A stretch of 64,000 nt of DNA from positions 10,042-74,041 of the forward strand of contig UQVQ01000003.1 of NCBI GenBank assembly GCA_900544595.1, given 5' to 3'. Made by a program: the position numbers and the translations under genes. The notes below the pieces were generated by a model. It was not told the origin of the DNA and did no database searches. It worked only from the letters and a program-made list of their open reading frames with translations. Below are positions 7,837 through 16,770 of this stretch, in pieces; position 1 is the first letter of the stretch; every line of letters starts with the position of its first letter. The DNA comes from an uncultured Bacillota bacterium. GTDB lineage: Bacteria; Bacillota; Clostridia; Christensenellales; UBA1242.

Positions 7837-8619
7837 ATGGACAAAAAAGTTGTTTTAATAACTGGCGTTTCGTCTGGAATTGGGCTTGAACTTGCTAAAA
7901 AATTCATAAAATCTGGCTGGAAAGTTTATGGCGTTTCAAGAAAAGAATTTTCGCTTGACGGTCTTTCCCACATAATTTGCGATGTTTCTTCCCTTAAGCA
8001 ATGCCAAGAAACTGTTAAAAAAATTGTTGAAAAAGAAGGGCAACTTAATCTTGTTATAAATAACGCCGGAATGGGAATTTCGGGGTCAATTGAAAACACA
8101 AGCGAACAAGACGCGAGAAGAATTTATGACGTAAATTTCTTTGGAACATTTTTCATGTGTAAAAGCGCTTTGCCTTTTCTTCGAGAAAGCAAAGGAAGAA
8201 TTATTAACGTTTCGTCTGTTGCAAGCAAATTCTATATTCCTTTCCAAGGTTTCTATTCCGCAACAAAAGCATCTGTCGACGCAATTTCTGCTGCTATGCG
8301 CGCCGAAACAAAGCCATATGGCGTTAAAATAACAAATGTTCTCCCTGGCGACACGAAAACATCCTTCACGGCAAATCGCGTTAAACAAGACGACGGAGTT
8401 TATAACGAAAGATACACCTCATCAATTGAGAAAATGGAACACGACGAGCGAAATGGAATGAGCAGCGAATATGTTGCAAATGTAATTTTCAAAATCGCAA
8501 ACAAAAAGCGCCCTCCTTTAACAAAAACAATTGGAGTTCCATATAAATTTTTGCTTTTCCTTGCAAAAATTTTGCCAAACAGATTTATTGAATGGGTTGT
8601 TTCAAAGATGTATTCATAA
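7837..8619 (+). CDS. SDR-family oxidoreductase (short-chain dehydrogenase)
   Basis: VVLITGVSSGIGLELAK (TGxxxGxG), NNAG, YSATKASV (YxxxK). I chose the ATG at 7837 after AAGGAGAG rather than the track start at 7813. Confidence 0.85.
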   Translation: MDKKVVLITGVSSGIGLELAKKFIKSGWKVYGVSRKEFSLDGLSHIICDVSSLKQCQETVKKIVEKEGQLNLVINNAGMGISGSIENTSEQDARRIYDVNFFGTFFMCKSALPFLRESKGRIINVSSVASKFYIPFQGFYSATKASVDAISAAMRAETKPYGVKITNVLPGDTKTSFTANRVKQDDGVYNERYTSSIEKMEHDERNGMSSEYVANVIFKIANKKRPPLTKTIGVPYKFLLFLAKILPNRFIEWVVSKMYS

Positions 8620-8629
8620 TAAAAAATTT

Positions 8630-8651
8630 GCCTTCAATTGAAGGCTTTTTT
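8630..8651 (+). terminator. Intrinsic terminator
   Basis: GCCTTCAATTGAAGGC palindrome followed by T6. Confidence 0.8.
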
Positions 8652-8695
8652 AACAAAAATTTCTTTCTTTTCATATACAAGTCAAGAGGCAAAAC

Positions 8696-9196
8696 TTGGG
8701 AAAGAAAGATGAGTTTTTGGGGCGCAGCTACCCCGCTTTAAAAAGTTATTGCAAAAATTCCTATTACAGCGGAATTTTGCAAAATCTTTATGCCGGTTCG
8801 GAAGGCGAAGTTATAATTTTTTTGCAGCTTCGCTACCACTCAAACGTTTTAAAAAATTTCAATGCAAAAATTTCAAGCGTTCTTGAAGAAATTTCAATGT
8901 GCGACTTAAAGCACCAAGAGCTTCTTGCTTCGGCAATTGAAAAGACATATGGAAATCCAGTTTATGCAACTTCAACCGGGAAATGGATTGGCGGGCGGCA
9001 AATTGACTATGTTAAAAGTGTTAAACAAATTCTTTCCGTGAACTTGGAAGCCAAGGAAAAATCGATTATAGACTATAAGGTTGCAATTTCAAAAATTGAT
9101 AACGTCCAAATTAAACTCTTGCTTGGTGCAATTCTTGCCGACGAAGAGAATCATCGCCTTATTTTAAAAAAACTTCTTAAATCAATTGAAGAATAA
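8696..9196 (+). CDS. Ferritin-like / rubrerythrin-CotJC-like four-helix-bundle protein (putative)
   Basis: 166 aa with a TTG start after AGAGG. Paired E...ExxH-like motifs (GSEGEV...LRYH, EAKEKS...DEENH). Family assignment is tentative. Confidence 0.4.
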   Translation: MGKKDEFLGRSYPALKSYCKNSYYSGILQNLYAGSEGEVIIFLQLRYHSNVLKNFNAKISSVLEEISMCDLKHQELLASAIEKTYGNPVYATSTGKWIGGRQIDYVKSVKQILSVNLEAKEKSIIDYKVAISKIDNVQIKLLLGAILADEENHRLILKKLLKSIEE

Positions 9197-9231
9197 AATT
9201 AAAAAAATTTTGAAAAATATTTGAAAAAATG

Positions 9232-9261
9232 TTGACATAATCGGCTAAGTTATGGTATATT
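9232..9261 (+). promoter_or_regulatory. Promoter of tRNA-Val
   Basis: TTGACA, 18 nt ending TGg, then TATATT. Confidence 0.6.
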
Positions 9262-9272
9262 ACTTCTCGGTT

Positions 9273-9349
9273 GGAAGTTTAGCTCAGCTGGTTAGAGCAC
9301 CTGCCTTACAAGCAGGGGGTCATAGGTTCGAATCCTATAACTTCCACCA
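9273..9349 (+). tRNA. tRNA-Val (anticodon UAC), CCA encoded
   Basis: GGAAGTTTAGCTCAGCTGGTTAGAGCACCTGCCTTACAAGCAGGGGGTCATAGGTTCGAATCCTATAACTTCCACCA. Anticodon loop CTTACAA. Confidence 0.95.
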
Positions 9350-9363
9350 TTTTTTTATTTAAA

Positions 9364-9392
9364 AACCTCCAACTCGTTTGAGGTTTTTTTTG
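9364..9392 (+). terminator. Intrinsic terminator after tRNA-Val
   Basis: AACCTC...GAGGTT hairpin followed by T8. Confidence 0.75.
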
Positions 9393-9431
9393 AAATAAAA
9401 ACAACTTTCTAAACATTTTTAAGAGATAACA

Positions 9432-9480
9432 TAATAAAAAAGGAAAAGGAACAATGCAAACAAAATGCAAAGTTCCTTTT
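9432..9480 (-). terminator. Terminator of the topoisomerase B-subunit gene
   Basis: AAAGGAAC...GTTCCTTT stem followed by a T-rich run on the minus strand. Confidence 0.6.
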
Positions 9481-9522
9481 TATATTTAAAAAATATGAAA
9501 TAGTCAATATGTTTTTAAATTT

Positions 9523-11469
9523 TTACATAAAAGTTTTTGCCATGAACTCATCTTCACGATCGAAATTTGCATATTCCGAAATGTAGGCCTTTCTTGCCTC
9601 AATGTTATCCCCCATTAAGGTTGTTATCATCTTTTCGGCTTCGGCTGCATCTTCAATTGTAACGCGAATTAAATTACGTTTTTTAGGGTCCATTGTTGTT
9701 TCCCAAAGTTGTTCTGGGTTCATTTCCCCAAGACCTTTATATCGTTGAATTTGATAGCCTTTTCCAACACGCTCAATTGCCTCTGGAAGTTCTGCATCGG
9801 AATAAACATATTCTGTAACATCTTTTTTGTAAACTTTATAAAGTGGTGGCAAACCAATGTAAACATCGCCGTCATAAATCAATCCGCGCATATAACGGAA
9901 GAAGAATGTTAACAAAATTGCGCGAATATGCGCACCATCTTGGTCGGCATCGGAAAGAATAATAACTTTTTTATATCTTAAATTGTCAAGATTAAAATCT
10001 TCTCCAACACCAGTTTCAAGCGCACTTATAATTGTTCTAATTTCTTCATTTGCAAGAACTTGGTCAAGACGTTTTTTCTCCGCATTAAGAGGCTTCCCTT
10101 TAAGAGGAAGAATTGCTTGGAAAGTTCTGTCGCGTCCTTGCTTTGCGCTTCCGCCCGCGGAATCACCCTCAACAATGAAAAGCTCGCTAATTTCCGCTTT
10201 TCTGCTTGTGCAAGCCGAAAGCTTTCCAACAAGGTTATATTTATCAACGCTGTTTTTTTGGCGCGCAAGGTCTTTTGCCTTTCTTTGCGCTTCCCTAACT
10301 TTTGACGCACCTTTTGCCTTATTAAAGATAATTTCAGCGATTGACATATTATCTTTTTGTTCAAAGAACTTCAAAAGTTCGTTATAAACAATGTTATCAA
10401 CTTCCGGACGAATTTCTGGATTCCCAAGTTTTGTTTTTGTTTGCCCTTCAAATTGAATATTTCGCATTTTAATTGAAAGAATTGCTGTAATTCCTTCTCT
10501 AAAATCTTCGCCAATAAGGTTTTGTTCTTTTTCTTTAAGCCAACCTTGTTCACGCGCAAGCTCGTTCATTAAACGCGTTAAAGCCGATTTGAAGCCCGTT
10601 TCATGCGTTCCTCCTTCGCTTGTTGGAATGTTGTTAACATAAGAGAACATATTTTCGGTGTAGGTGTCGGTGTGTTGCATTGCAAGTTCAAGTTTAACCA
10701 GTTTGCTCTCGCCCGAAATGTAAACTGGATCTTTATAAAGTGCGGTTTTGTTTTCGTTAAGATAAATTGCAAAGTCTTTAAGCCCGCCCTCATATGCAAA
10801 AACCTGTTTTTGACCTGTTCTTTCATCCGAAAATTCAATGTAAACGCCTTTATTCAAAAATGCAAGCTCTTTAAGACGCTTTAAAATTGTTTCTGCATTA
10901 AAAACAACGCTTTCGAAAACACGAGGGTCTGGCATGAATGTAACCTTTGTTCCTGTTTTTGTTGTGTCGCCAATTTCCATTAAAGGCGCAACAGGAATTC
11001 CGCTTCGAATTTTACCTTTTTCGTCTGCTTTGCTTTCAAATTCCATGAAATAGCGTTTTTTATTCTTGCAAACATAAACTTTTGTCCAAAGACTTAACGC
11101 ATTAGTAACTGACGCACCAACGCCGTGAAGCCCGCCGGAATATCCATAGTTATCGTTATTAAACTTGCCGCCTGCGTGAAGTTGAGTGAAAACAACTTCA
11201 ACCCCGCTTTTATGAAGAGTTGGATGCATATCAACAGGAATTCCACGTCCGTTATCCTCAACACTTGCGCTTCCGTCTTTGTGAAGAGTTATCGAAACTC
11301 TGTTTCCAAATCCATTTGAAACTTCGTCAATTGCGTTGTCAACAATTTCCCATAAAATGTGGTGTAAACCTTTAATGCCAGTTGTTCCAATATACATTCC
11401 TGGGCGCAATCTAACCGCGTCAAGTCCTTCAAGAACAACAATGTCTTTTGAATCGTATGTTTTGTTCAT
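9523..11469 (-). CDS. Type IIA DNA topoisomerase subunit B (ParE/GyrB family)
   Basis: LEGLDAVRLRPGMYIG, GGLHGVGASV, EGDSAGGSAKQGRDR, ILSDADQDGAHIR. I prefer the ATG at 11469 (MNKTYDS) after AAAGGAAAC; the track start at 11499 is TTG. Confidence 0.9.
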   Translation of the reverse strand: MNKTYDSKDIVVLEGLDAVRLRPGMYIGTTGIKGLHHILWEIVDNAIDEVSNGFGNRVSITLHKDGSASVEDNGRGIPVDMHPTLHKSGVEVVFTQLHAGGKFNNDNYGYSGGLHGVGASVTNALSLWTKVYVCKNKKRYFMEFESKADEKGKIRSGIPVAPLMEIGDTTKTGTKVTFMPDPRVFESVVFNAETILKRLKELAFLNKGVYIEFSDERTGQKQVFAYEGGLKDFAIYLNENKTALYKDPVYISGESKLVKLELAMQHTDTYTENMFSYVNNIPTSEGGTHETGFKSALTRLMNELAREQGWLKEKEQNLIGEDFREGITAILSIKMRNIQFEGQTKTKLGNPEIRPEVDNIVYNELLKFFEQKDNMSIAEIIFNKAKGASKVREAQRKAKDLARQKNSVDKYNLVGKLSACTSRKAEISELFIVEGDSAGGSAKQGRDRTFQAILPLKGKPLNAEKKRLDQVLANEEIRTIISALETGVGEDFNLDNLRYKKVIILSDADQDGAHIRAILLTFFFRYMRGLIYDGDVYIGLPPLYKVYKKDVTEYVYSDAELPEAIERVGKGYQIQRYKGLGEMNPEQLWETTMDPKKRNLIRVTIEDAAEAEKMITTLMGDNIEARKAYISEYANFDREDEFMAKTFM

Positions 11470-11604
11470 TTTGTTTCCTTTTAGATAGTTACAATACAAT
11501 AATAATTTACCATATTTTCAGCAAAAAAACAAACTTTATCGAAAAAATTAAAGCAAAATTCAATTTTTTCGCATAATTTTTATAAAACAACCATAATTAA
11601 ATGC

Positions 11605-11632
11605 AACAAAAAAATGCCACGAGTGTGACATT
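11605..11632 (-). terminator. Terminator after rplQ
   Basis: ATGTCAC-ACTC-GTGGCAT hairpin followed by T7 on the minus strand. Confidence 0.6.
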
Positions 11633-11646
11633 TTTTAATAATTAAA

Positions 11647-12156
11647 TTAAACTAACTCAACAAGTGCAAGTTCTGCGTTATCGCCGCGTCTTGTTCCAAG
11701 TTTTGTTACGCGAGTGTAGCCGCCTTTTTGTCCAAGGTTTTTAGCTCTTTCTGCATATCTAGGAGCGTAAACATTGAAGATTTTTTCAACTAATGGGTGG
11801 TTAACATCTTCTGTTTTAGCTCTGAAAGCTGCTTTGCTCTCTTTTGCACCTTTTTGTTCTTGAAGGTCATAGAGATAGCTCATAATTTTTCTTCTAGCAT
11901 TAAGTTTCTTAACGCCATCGTTAATGAACTCTTTTTTGCTTTCAACACCTTTTTCATTTTTAACTGTCTTAACAACTTTTGTTGTGTCTTCATAACTGTT
12001 GATTGCAAGAGTTATGATTTTTTCTGCAACACTTTGTGTTGATTTTGCACGCTCCAAAGTTGTTTCAAGTTTTTCATTCCAAAGAAGGCTTGAAACTTGG
12101 TTACGAATCATAGCAACGCGTTCTTTTGTTGGTCTTCCTAACTTACTATTTGCCAT
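11647..12156 (-). CDS. rplQ: 50S ribosomal protein L17 (long form, about 45-aa internal insertion)
   Basis: KLGRPTKERVAMIRNQVSSLLWNEKLETTLERAKSTQSVAEKIITLA ... GGYTRVTKLGTRRGDNAELALVELV. It is the last gene of the alpha operon. Confidence 0.93.
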   Translation of the reverse strand: MANSKLGRPTKERVAMIRNQVSSLLWNEKLETTLERAKSTQSVAEKIITLAINSYEDTTKVVKTVKNEKGVESKKEFINDGVKKLNARRKIMSYLYDLQEQKGAKESKAAFRAKTEDVNHPLVEKIFNVYAPRYAERAKNLGQKGGYTRVTKLGTRRGDNAELALVELV

Positions 12157-12168
12157 TTGTTTCTCCTT

Positions 12169-13125
12169 TTATTCTTCCGACTCTTTGAAGCTGAGTCCAT
12201 ATTCGTTAAGTTTTTCAAGAACTTCATCAATTGATTTAAGTCCAAGATTTCTAACTTTCAACATGTCTTCTCTTGTTTTTTGAATTAAGTCCTCAACAGT
12301 GTTAATGTTTGCTCTTTTAAGGCAATTGTAGGAACGAACTGAAAGTTCCATTTCTTCAATTGGCATATCCAAAATCTTTGTTTTGTTGTCCTCTTCTGTT
12401 GAAACAAGGATGTTCATTTTTCCCATTGCTTCGCAAAGATCAACGAAAATTGAGATGTGGTCTTGCAAAATTTTACCGGATAAACTTACGATATCTCTTG
12501 CAGAAATTGTTCCGTTTGTTTCAACTTCCAAAACAAGTTTATCGAAGTCGATGCTTTGTCCAACACGAGTTGGCTCAACGCTGTAGCTGCATTTTTTAAC
12601 TGGTGAATAGATTGAATCAATTGCAATGTATTCTGGGTTGTCGAGGAGTTCTTTGTTCTTAACATTAGAAACATATCCGCGTCCTTTCCCAACCAAAACT
12701 TCCAATTCAAAAGGATATCCTTCTTCAACGCTGCAAATATGAAGGTCTGGGTTTAAAATTTCAACTTCACTGTTTGGTTCGAAATCTCTTGCTGTGATTT
12801 CTCCACCTTTTGTTGTTTTAATTCTTAAAACACTTCTGAAATCTCTGTCTGGATTTGCAACCTTAACTGCAAGTCCTTTAATGTTTAAAACGATGTCAAC
12901 AACATCTTCATAAACACCAGGAACCGTTGAAAATTCATGCAAAACTCCTGGGATTCTTATTGCAATTCCCGCTGCGCCTGGAAGCGAAGAAAGAAGAGTT
13001 CTTCTAAGAGAGTTTCCAAGTGTGATTCCAAAACCTTTTTCAAGAGGTTCAACAGTGAATTTAGCATAGTTTCCGTTTTCGGTTTCTTCGCATGTAATTT
13101 TTGGTTTTTCAATTTCCATTAACAT
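12169..13125 (-). CDS. rpoA: DNA-directed RNA polymerase subunit alpha
   Basis: MEIEKPKI..., GNSLRRTLLSSLPGAA, C-terminal MELSVRSYNCLKRANI. Confidence 0.97.
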   Translation of the reverse strand: MLMEIEKPKITCEETENGNYAKFTVEPLEKGFGITLGNSLRRTLLSSLPGAAGIAIRIPGVLHEFSTVPGVYEDVVDIVLNIKGLAVKVANPDRDFRSVLRIKTTKGGEITARDFEPNSEVEILNPDLHICSVEEGYPFELEVLVGKGRGYVSNVKNKELLDNPEYIAIDSIYSPVKKCSYSVEPTRVGQSIDFDKLVLEVETNGTISARDIVSLSGKILQDHISIFVDLCEAMGKMNILVSTEEDNKTKILDMPIEEMELSVRSYNCLKRANINTVEDLIQKTREDMLKVRNLGLKSIDEVLEKLNEYGLSFKESEE

Positions 13126-13145
13126 AATTTATAATCTCCTTCTTA

Positions 13146-13766
13146 CTATCTTGAATACAACTCAATGATGAGGTGTTCTTTAATGTTGAGGTCGATATCT
13201 TCTCTTGATGGATTTGCTAAGATTTTTCCTTCAAGTTTTTCGGAATTGAATTCAAGCCATTTTGGCATAATGATTTTCATTCCTTTAAGGTCTTTAAACA
13301 TTTCAAGGTCACGTTTATTTTCCTTAATTGCAATTATGTCGCCTGGTTTAACAATGAATGATGGAATGTTAACGCATCTTCCGTTAACTGTGATTTGCCC
13401 ATGGTTAACGATTTGACGGCATTCTTTACGGCTTGCGCCAATTCCCATACGGTAAACAACGTTGTCAAGTCTTCTTTCGATTAAAGACAACATATTTTCA
13501 CCAGTGATGCCTTTCATGCGTTCTGCTTCTTCATAATATCTTCTGAATTGCTTTTCCAAAATTCCATATGCTCTTTTAACTTTTTGTTTTTCACGAAGTT
13601 GAAGACCATATTCAGTAACTCTTTTTCTAGCTGCGCCATGTTGTCCTGGAAGTGTTTGTCTTCTTTCAAAAGCGCATTTTTTGCTTGTGCATCTTTCGCC
13701 TTTCAAGAAGAGCTTGCAACCTTCACGTCTGCATTGACGGCAACTTGCTCCAATTAATTTAGCCAT
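13146..13766 (-). CDS. rpsD: 30S ribosomal protein S4 (Cys-rich N-terminal zinc-finger form)
   Basis: CRQCRREGCKLFLKGERCTSKKCAFERRQTLPGQHG, followed by an S4 domain. Confidence 0.97.
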   Translation of the reverse strand: MAKLIGASCRQCRREGCKLFLKGERCTSKKCAFERRQTLPGQHGAARKRVTEYGLQLREKQKVKRAYGILEKQFRRYYEEAERMKGITGENMLSLIERRLDNVVYRMGIGASRKECRQIVNHGQITVNGRCVNIPSFIVKPGDIIAIKENKRDLEMFKDLKGMKIIMPKWLEFNSEKLEGKILANPSREDIDLNIKEHLIIELYSR

Positions 13767-13780
13767 TTTCCTCTCTCCTC

Positions 13781-14176
13781 TTAAACTCTTCTAATTTTAG
13801 GTGGACGGCATCCGTTGTGAGCGATTGGTGAAACATCTTTAATAAGAGAAACGCCAATTTCCAAGTTTTGAAGTGTTCTGATTGCTGCTTCGCGGCCGTT
13901 TCCTGGCCCCTTAACATAAACTTCAACTGTTTTAATGCCATAATCCTTTGCGACTTTTGCTGCATCCTCAACTGATGATTGAGCTGCGAATGGTGTGCTC
14001 TTTTTCGAGCCTTTAAATCCAAGTTTTCCTGAACTTGACCAAGAAAGAACATTTCCAGCCATGTCTGTGAATGTTACAACGGTGTTGTTGAAAGAAGATT
14101 TGATATGAACTTGGCCTTTATCAATGCTTTGTGTGATTTTTTTCTTTTTAGTTTTTGCTACTTTTGCTGCTGCCAT
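13781..14176 (-). CDS. rpsK: 30S ribosomal protein S11
   Basis: [30 protein letters not shown]...RPPKIRRV. Confidence 0.97.
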   Translation of the reverse strand: MAAAKVAKTKKKKITQSIDKGQVHIKSSFNNTVVTFTDMAGNVLSWSSSGKLGFKGSKKSTPFAAQSSVEDAAKVAKDYGIKTVEVYVKGPGNGREAAIRTLQNLEIGVSLIKDVSPIAHNGCRPPKIRRV

Positions 14177-14187
14177 GATCTTCCTCC

Positions 14188-14565
14188 TTATTTACCTTTC
14201 TTGCTGCTTCCTGCAACTGCCTTTCTTGGGCCTTTGCGTGTTCTGCAGTTTGTTCTTGTGTTTTGACCTCTAACTGGGAGTCCGCGTCTGTGACGAATTC
14301 CTCTGTAGCAGCCAATTTCTGATAAGCGTTTGATGTTCATGGAAACTTCTTTTCTCAAATCGCCTTCAACAGAATAATGTTTTTCAATGTAGTTACGAAG
14401 AGTTGCAACATCGTTTTCGTCGAGGTCTTTAACTCTTGTGTCTGGATTGATTTTTGTTGCTTCCAAAATTTGATTAGCAGATTCTCTGCCAATTCCATAG
14501 ATGTAGGTTAAACCAATTTCAATTCTCTTGTCTCTTGGTAAGTCTACGCCAGCAATTCTTGCCAT
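14188..14565 (-). CDS. rpsM: 30S ribosomal protein S13
   Basis: [26 protein letters not shown]. Confidence 0.97.
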   Translation of the reverse strand: MARIAGVDLPRDKRIEIGLTYIYGIGRESANQILEATKINPDTRVKDLDENDVATLRNYIEKHYSVEGDLRKEVSMNIKRLSEIGCYRGIRHRRGLPVRGQNTRTNCRTRKGPRKAVAGSSKKGK

Positions 14566-14678
14566 TTTTCTTTTCTCCTAATTTATTATTTGTTTTTTAT
14601 ATAAATAACGGGTGTGAGATGCGAAACACAAAGTTTCACACAGCCGCCCCACTTTTGCCCGAGATTTGTCAAATTTAA
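14566..14678 (-). promoter_or_regulatory. Unusually long (113 nt) structured rpmJ-rpsM spacer, a candidate r-protein regulatory leader
   Basis: GC-rich core on the minus strand: CGGGCAAAAGTGGGGCGGCTGTGTGAAACTTTGTGTTTCGCATCTCACACCCG. It contains GTGTGA/TCACAC and GAAAC/GTTTC pairings. Confidence 0.3.
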
Positions 14679-14795
14679 TTAACCTTGAACTTGTTTATGG
14701 CTTTTGTCTTTTGAACAGATAACCATAACTTTTCCTTCTCTTTTAATAACCTTGCATTTGTCGCACATAGGTTTAACTGATGGTCTAACTTTCAT
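14679..14795 (-). CDS. rpmJ: 50S ribosomal protein L36 (zinc-binding C+ form)
   Basis: Not in the ORF track (38 aa). My translation: [38 protein letters not shown]. Confidence 0.95.
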   Translation of the reverse strand: MKVRPSVKPMCDKCKVIKREGKVMVICSKDKSHKQVQG

Positions 14796-14810
14796 TGCCT
14801 TTTCCCCTTT

Positions 14811-15032
14811 TTAATTTTTTCCTCGCCATGTGATTCTTCCTTTGGTTAAATCATATGGGCTCATTTCGATTTTAACTTTGTCGCCTTCAAGAATTTTAAT
14901 GTAGTGCATTCTTAAACGACCAGAAATGTATGCAGTTATCACGTGCCCATTAGAAAGCTTAACTAAAAATGTTGTGTTTGGTAACACTTCAACAACTTCA
15001 CCTTCAAATTCTATCACATCTTCCTTCGACAT
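14811..15032 (-). CDS. infA: Translation initiation factor IF-1
   Basis: [70 protein letters not shown]. Confidence 0.97.
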   Translation of the reverse strand: MSKEDVIEFEGEVVEVLPNTTFLVKLSNGHVITAYISGRLRMHYIKILEGDKVKIEMSPYDLTKGRITWRGKN

Positions 15033-15042
15033 ACAATCTCCT

Positions 15043-15312
15043 TTAACAAGTTTTTTCGTATTTTTTCAGAATTTTTTTGATAACACCGTCATTTGTTCTG
15101 GATTTATCCTCAAAAGTTCCACAAAGTTCGGATTCAACAACCCCAAGAGTTTTAAGATGTTTAACTTTCTTTCTCTTTGGTTTTGAAATTGGTTTTGTTT
15201 TTCCGTCGATAAGCAAAACAAAGTTTTCATCTAAAATTTCGCTAACAAGATAGATGCACCCTTCGTCACGTCCTGCGGTTGACTCAACAACTTCAAATCT
15301 TTCCAGTTTCAT
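15043..15312 (-). CDS. Small KOW-domain RNA-binding protein (the map-infA spacer gene typical of Firmicutes)
   Basis: [23 protein letters not shown]... The ATG at 15312 follows GAGGAGAA; the track start at 15324 is GTG. Confidence 0.6.
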   Translation of the reverse strand: MKLERFEVVESTAGRDEGCIYLVSEILDENFVLLIDGKTKPISKPKRKKVKHLKTLGVVESELCGTFEDKSRTNDGVIKKILKKYEKTC

Positions 15313-15320
15313 TTCTCCTC

Positions 15321-16061
15321 TCACAATGTCAAAATTTCAATTCTGTCTTCAAGAACTAAAACAGTGTTTTCATAATGGGCCGAAGGCTTTAAATCTTGAG
15401 TTATGGTTGTCCAACCATCATCCAAAATGAAAATTCTTCTTGTTCCCATGTTGACCATTGGTTCAATTGCCAAACAAGTGTTCGCTTGAACAATTGGTCC
15501 GTCGGTTTCTTTCCCATAGTTTGGAATTGAAGGATTGAGGTGCATTTTTTCGCCAATGCCGTGTCCTGTCATCTCCCTAACCACGCTAAAGCCATTTTTT
15601 TCAACATAAGCTTGGATGCTTGCGCTAAGTTTTCCAAGTCTTTCCCCTGCCTTAAGGTTTTTAATTCCTTCAAAAAAACTTTCTTTTGTTACGTCAATAA
15701 GTTTTTGTTTTTCTTCGGAAATTTTTCCGCAAGGAAATGTTCTTGCCGCGTCGCCGTTAAAGCCTTTATAGATAACTCCAACATCAACGCTAACGATATC
15801 GCCTTCTTTAAGTTTTCGCTCGCTTGGTATTCCATGAACAACAACTTCATTAACAGAAATGCATGTTGAATTTGGATAGCCTTCGTAGTGCTTAAATGAA
15901 GGAATTCCGCCATGATCTATTATATACTTTTCAATTAACTTGTCAAGTGAATTGGTTGAAATCCCCGGTTTTATAAGGGTTTCGGCATATAAAAGAGCAT
16001 TTTTTGTTAATTCGCCTGCCTTTCGCATTAAAACAATTTGTGCTGGCGATAACTGTTTCAT
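15321..16061 (-). CDS. map: Type I methionine aminopeptidase
   Basis: HGIPS...GDIVSVDVG...GDAARTF...HGIG...EPM, a typical M24A metal-ligand pattern. Confidence 0.95.
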   Translation of the reverse strand: MKQLSPAQIVLMRKAGELTKNALLYAETLIKPGISTNSLDKLIEKYIIDHGGIPSFKHYEGYPNSTCISVNEVVVHGIPSERKLKEGDIVSVDVGVIYKGFNGDAARTFPCGKISEEKQKLIDVTKESFFEGIKNLKAGERLGKLSASIQAYVEKNGFSVVREMTGHGIGEKMHLNPSIPNYGKETDGPIVQANTCLAIEPMVNMGTRRIFILDDGWTTITQDLKPSAHYENTVLVLEDRIEILTL

Positions 16062-16120
16062 TTTTTCTCCTTAAAATTTCCGCATTTATGCGAGCAATTT
16101 TGCTCGCATAACAAAGGAAA

Positions 16121-16759
16121 TTATTTTCTTTTTGCACGAACTTGCAAAAGAATTTTTTTAACTTCTTCGTAAGTTTCTTCTGCGCTGTTTTTACTTAAAA
16201 CAGTTTTCAAAATCTTACGTTTTTTAAAGAACTTAATAAGTGGTTCGCTTTGAGCAAGATATTGGTCAACGCGTTTTCTAACAACTTCGCGTTTGTCATC
16301 TTCTCTTTGAATCAATTTTGAACCACATTCATCGCAAATCTCGGTGTATTTTTCAGCAATGCTAAAAATTTTCCCGCACTGTGGGCAAATTCGTCTTGTA
16401 AGTGCGCGGCGTTCAACTTCGTTAATGCTAATGTCGATGAAAATAACAACATCAACTTTTGTTATTGAATCAAGTTGCGCTGCTTGACCAACTGTTCTTG
16501 GGAACCCGTCTAAAATGAAACCATTTTTGCAATCATCTTCTGCAATTCTTTGTTTAACAATTTCGATAATGATTTCATCTGGAACAAGTTTTCCGTCGTT
16601 AATCAAACCTTCTGCAATTTTCCCAATTTTTGTTTGATTTGCAATATGTTGTCTTAAAATGTCACCCGTTGAAATTTGAGGAATTCCAAAATCTCTTGAA
16701 ATGAGTTTTGCTTGACTTCCCTTTCCGCTTCCAGGTGCTCCAAAAAGAATAACTCTCAT
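16121..16759 (-). CDS. adk: Adenylate kinase (Cys4 zinc lid)
   Basis: MRVILFGAPGSGKGSQA and lid CPQCGKIF...CDECGSKL. Confidence 0.97.
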   Translation of the reverse strand: MRVILFGAPGSGKGSQAKLISRDFGIPQISTGDILRQHIANQTKIGKIAEGLINDGKLVPDEIIIEIVKQRIAEDDCKNGFILDGFPRTVGQAAQLDSITKVDVVIFIDISINEVERRALTRRICPQCGKIFSIAEKYTEICDECGSKLIQREDDKREVVRKRVDQYLAQSEPLIKFFKKRKILKTVLSKNSAEETYEEVKKILLQVRAKRK

Positions 16760-16770
16760 AGATTCTCCGT

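Noticed and set aside
4060-11469. Naming the topoisomerase genes gyrA and gyrB.
   Set aside because: I found no GyrA-box (QRRGGKG) in the CTD, and the genes are not at a dnaA-dnaN-recF-gyrB-gyrA locus. Some motifs are GyrA-like ([20 protein letters not shown]), so I left the symbols blank.
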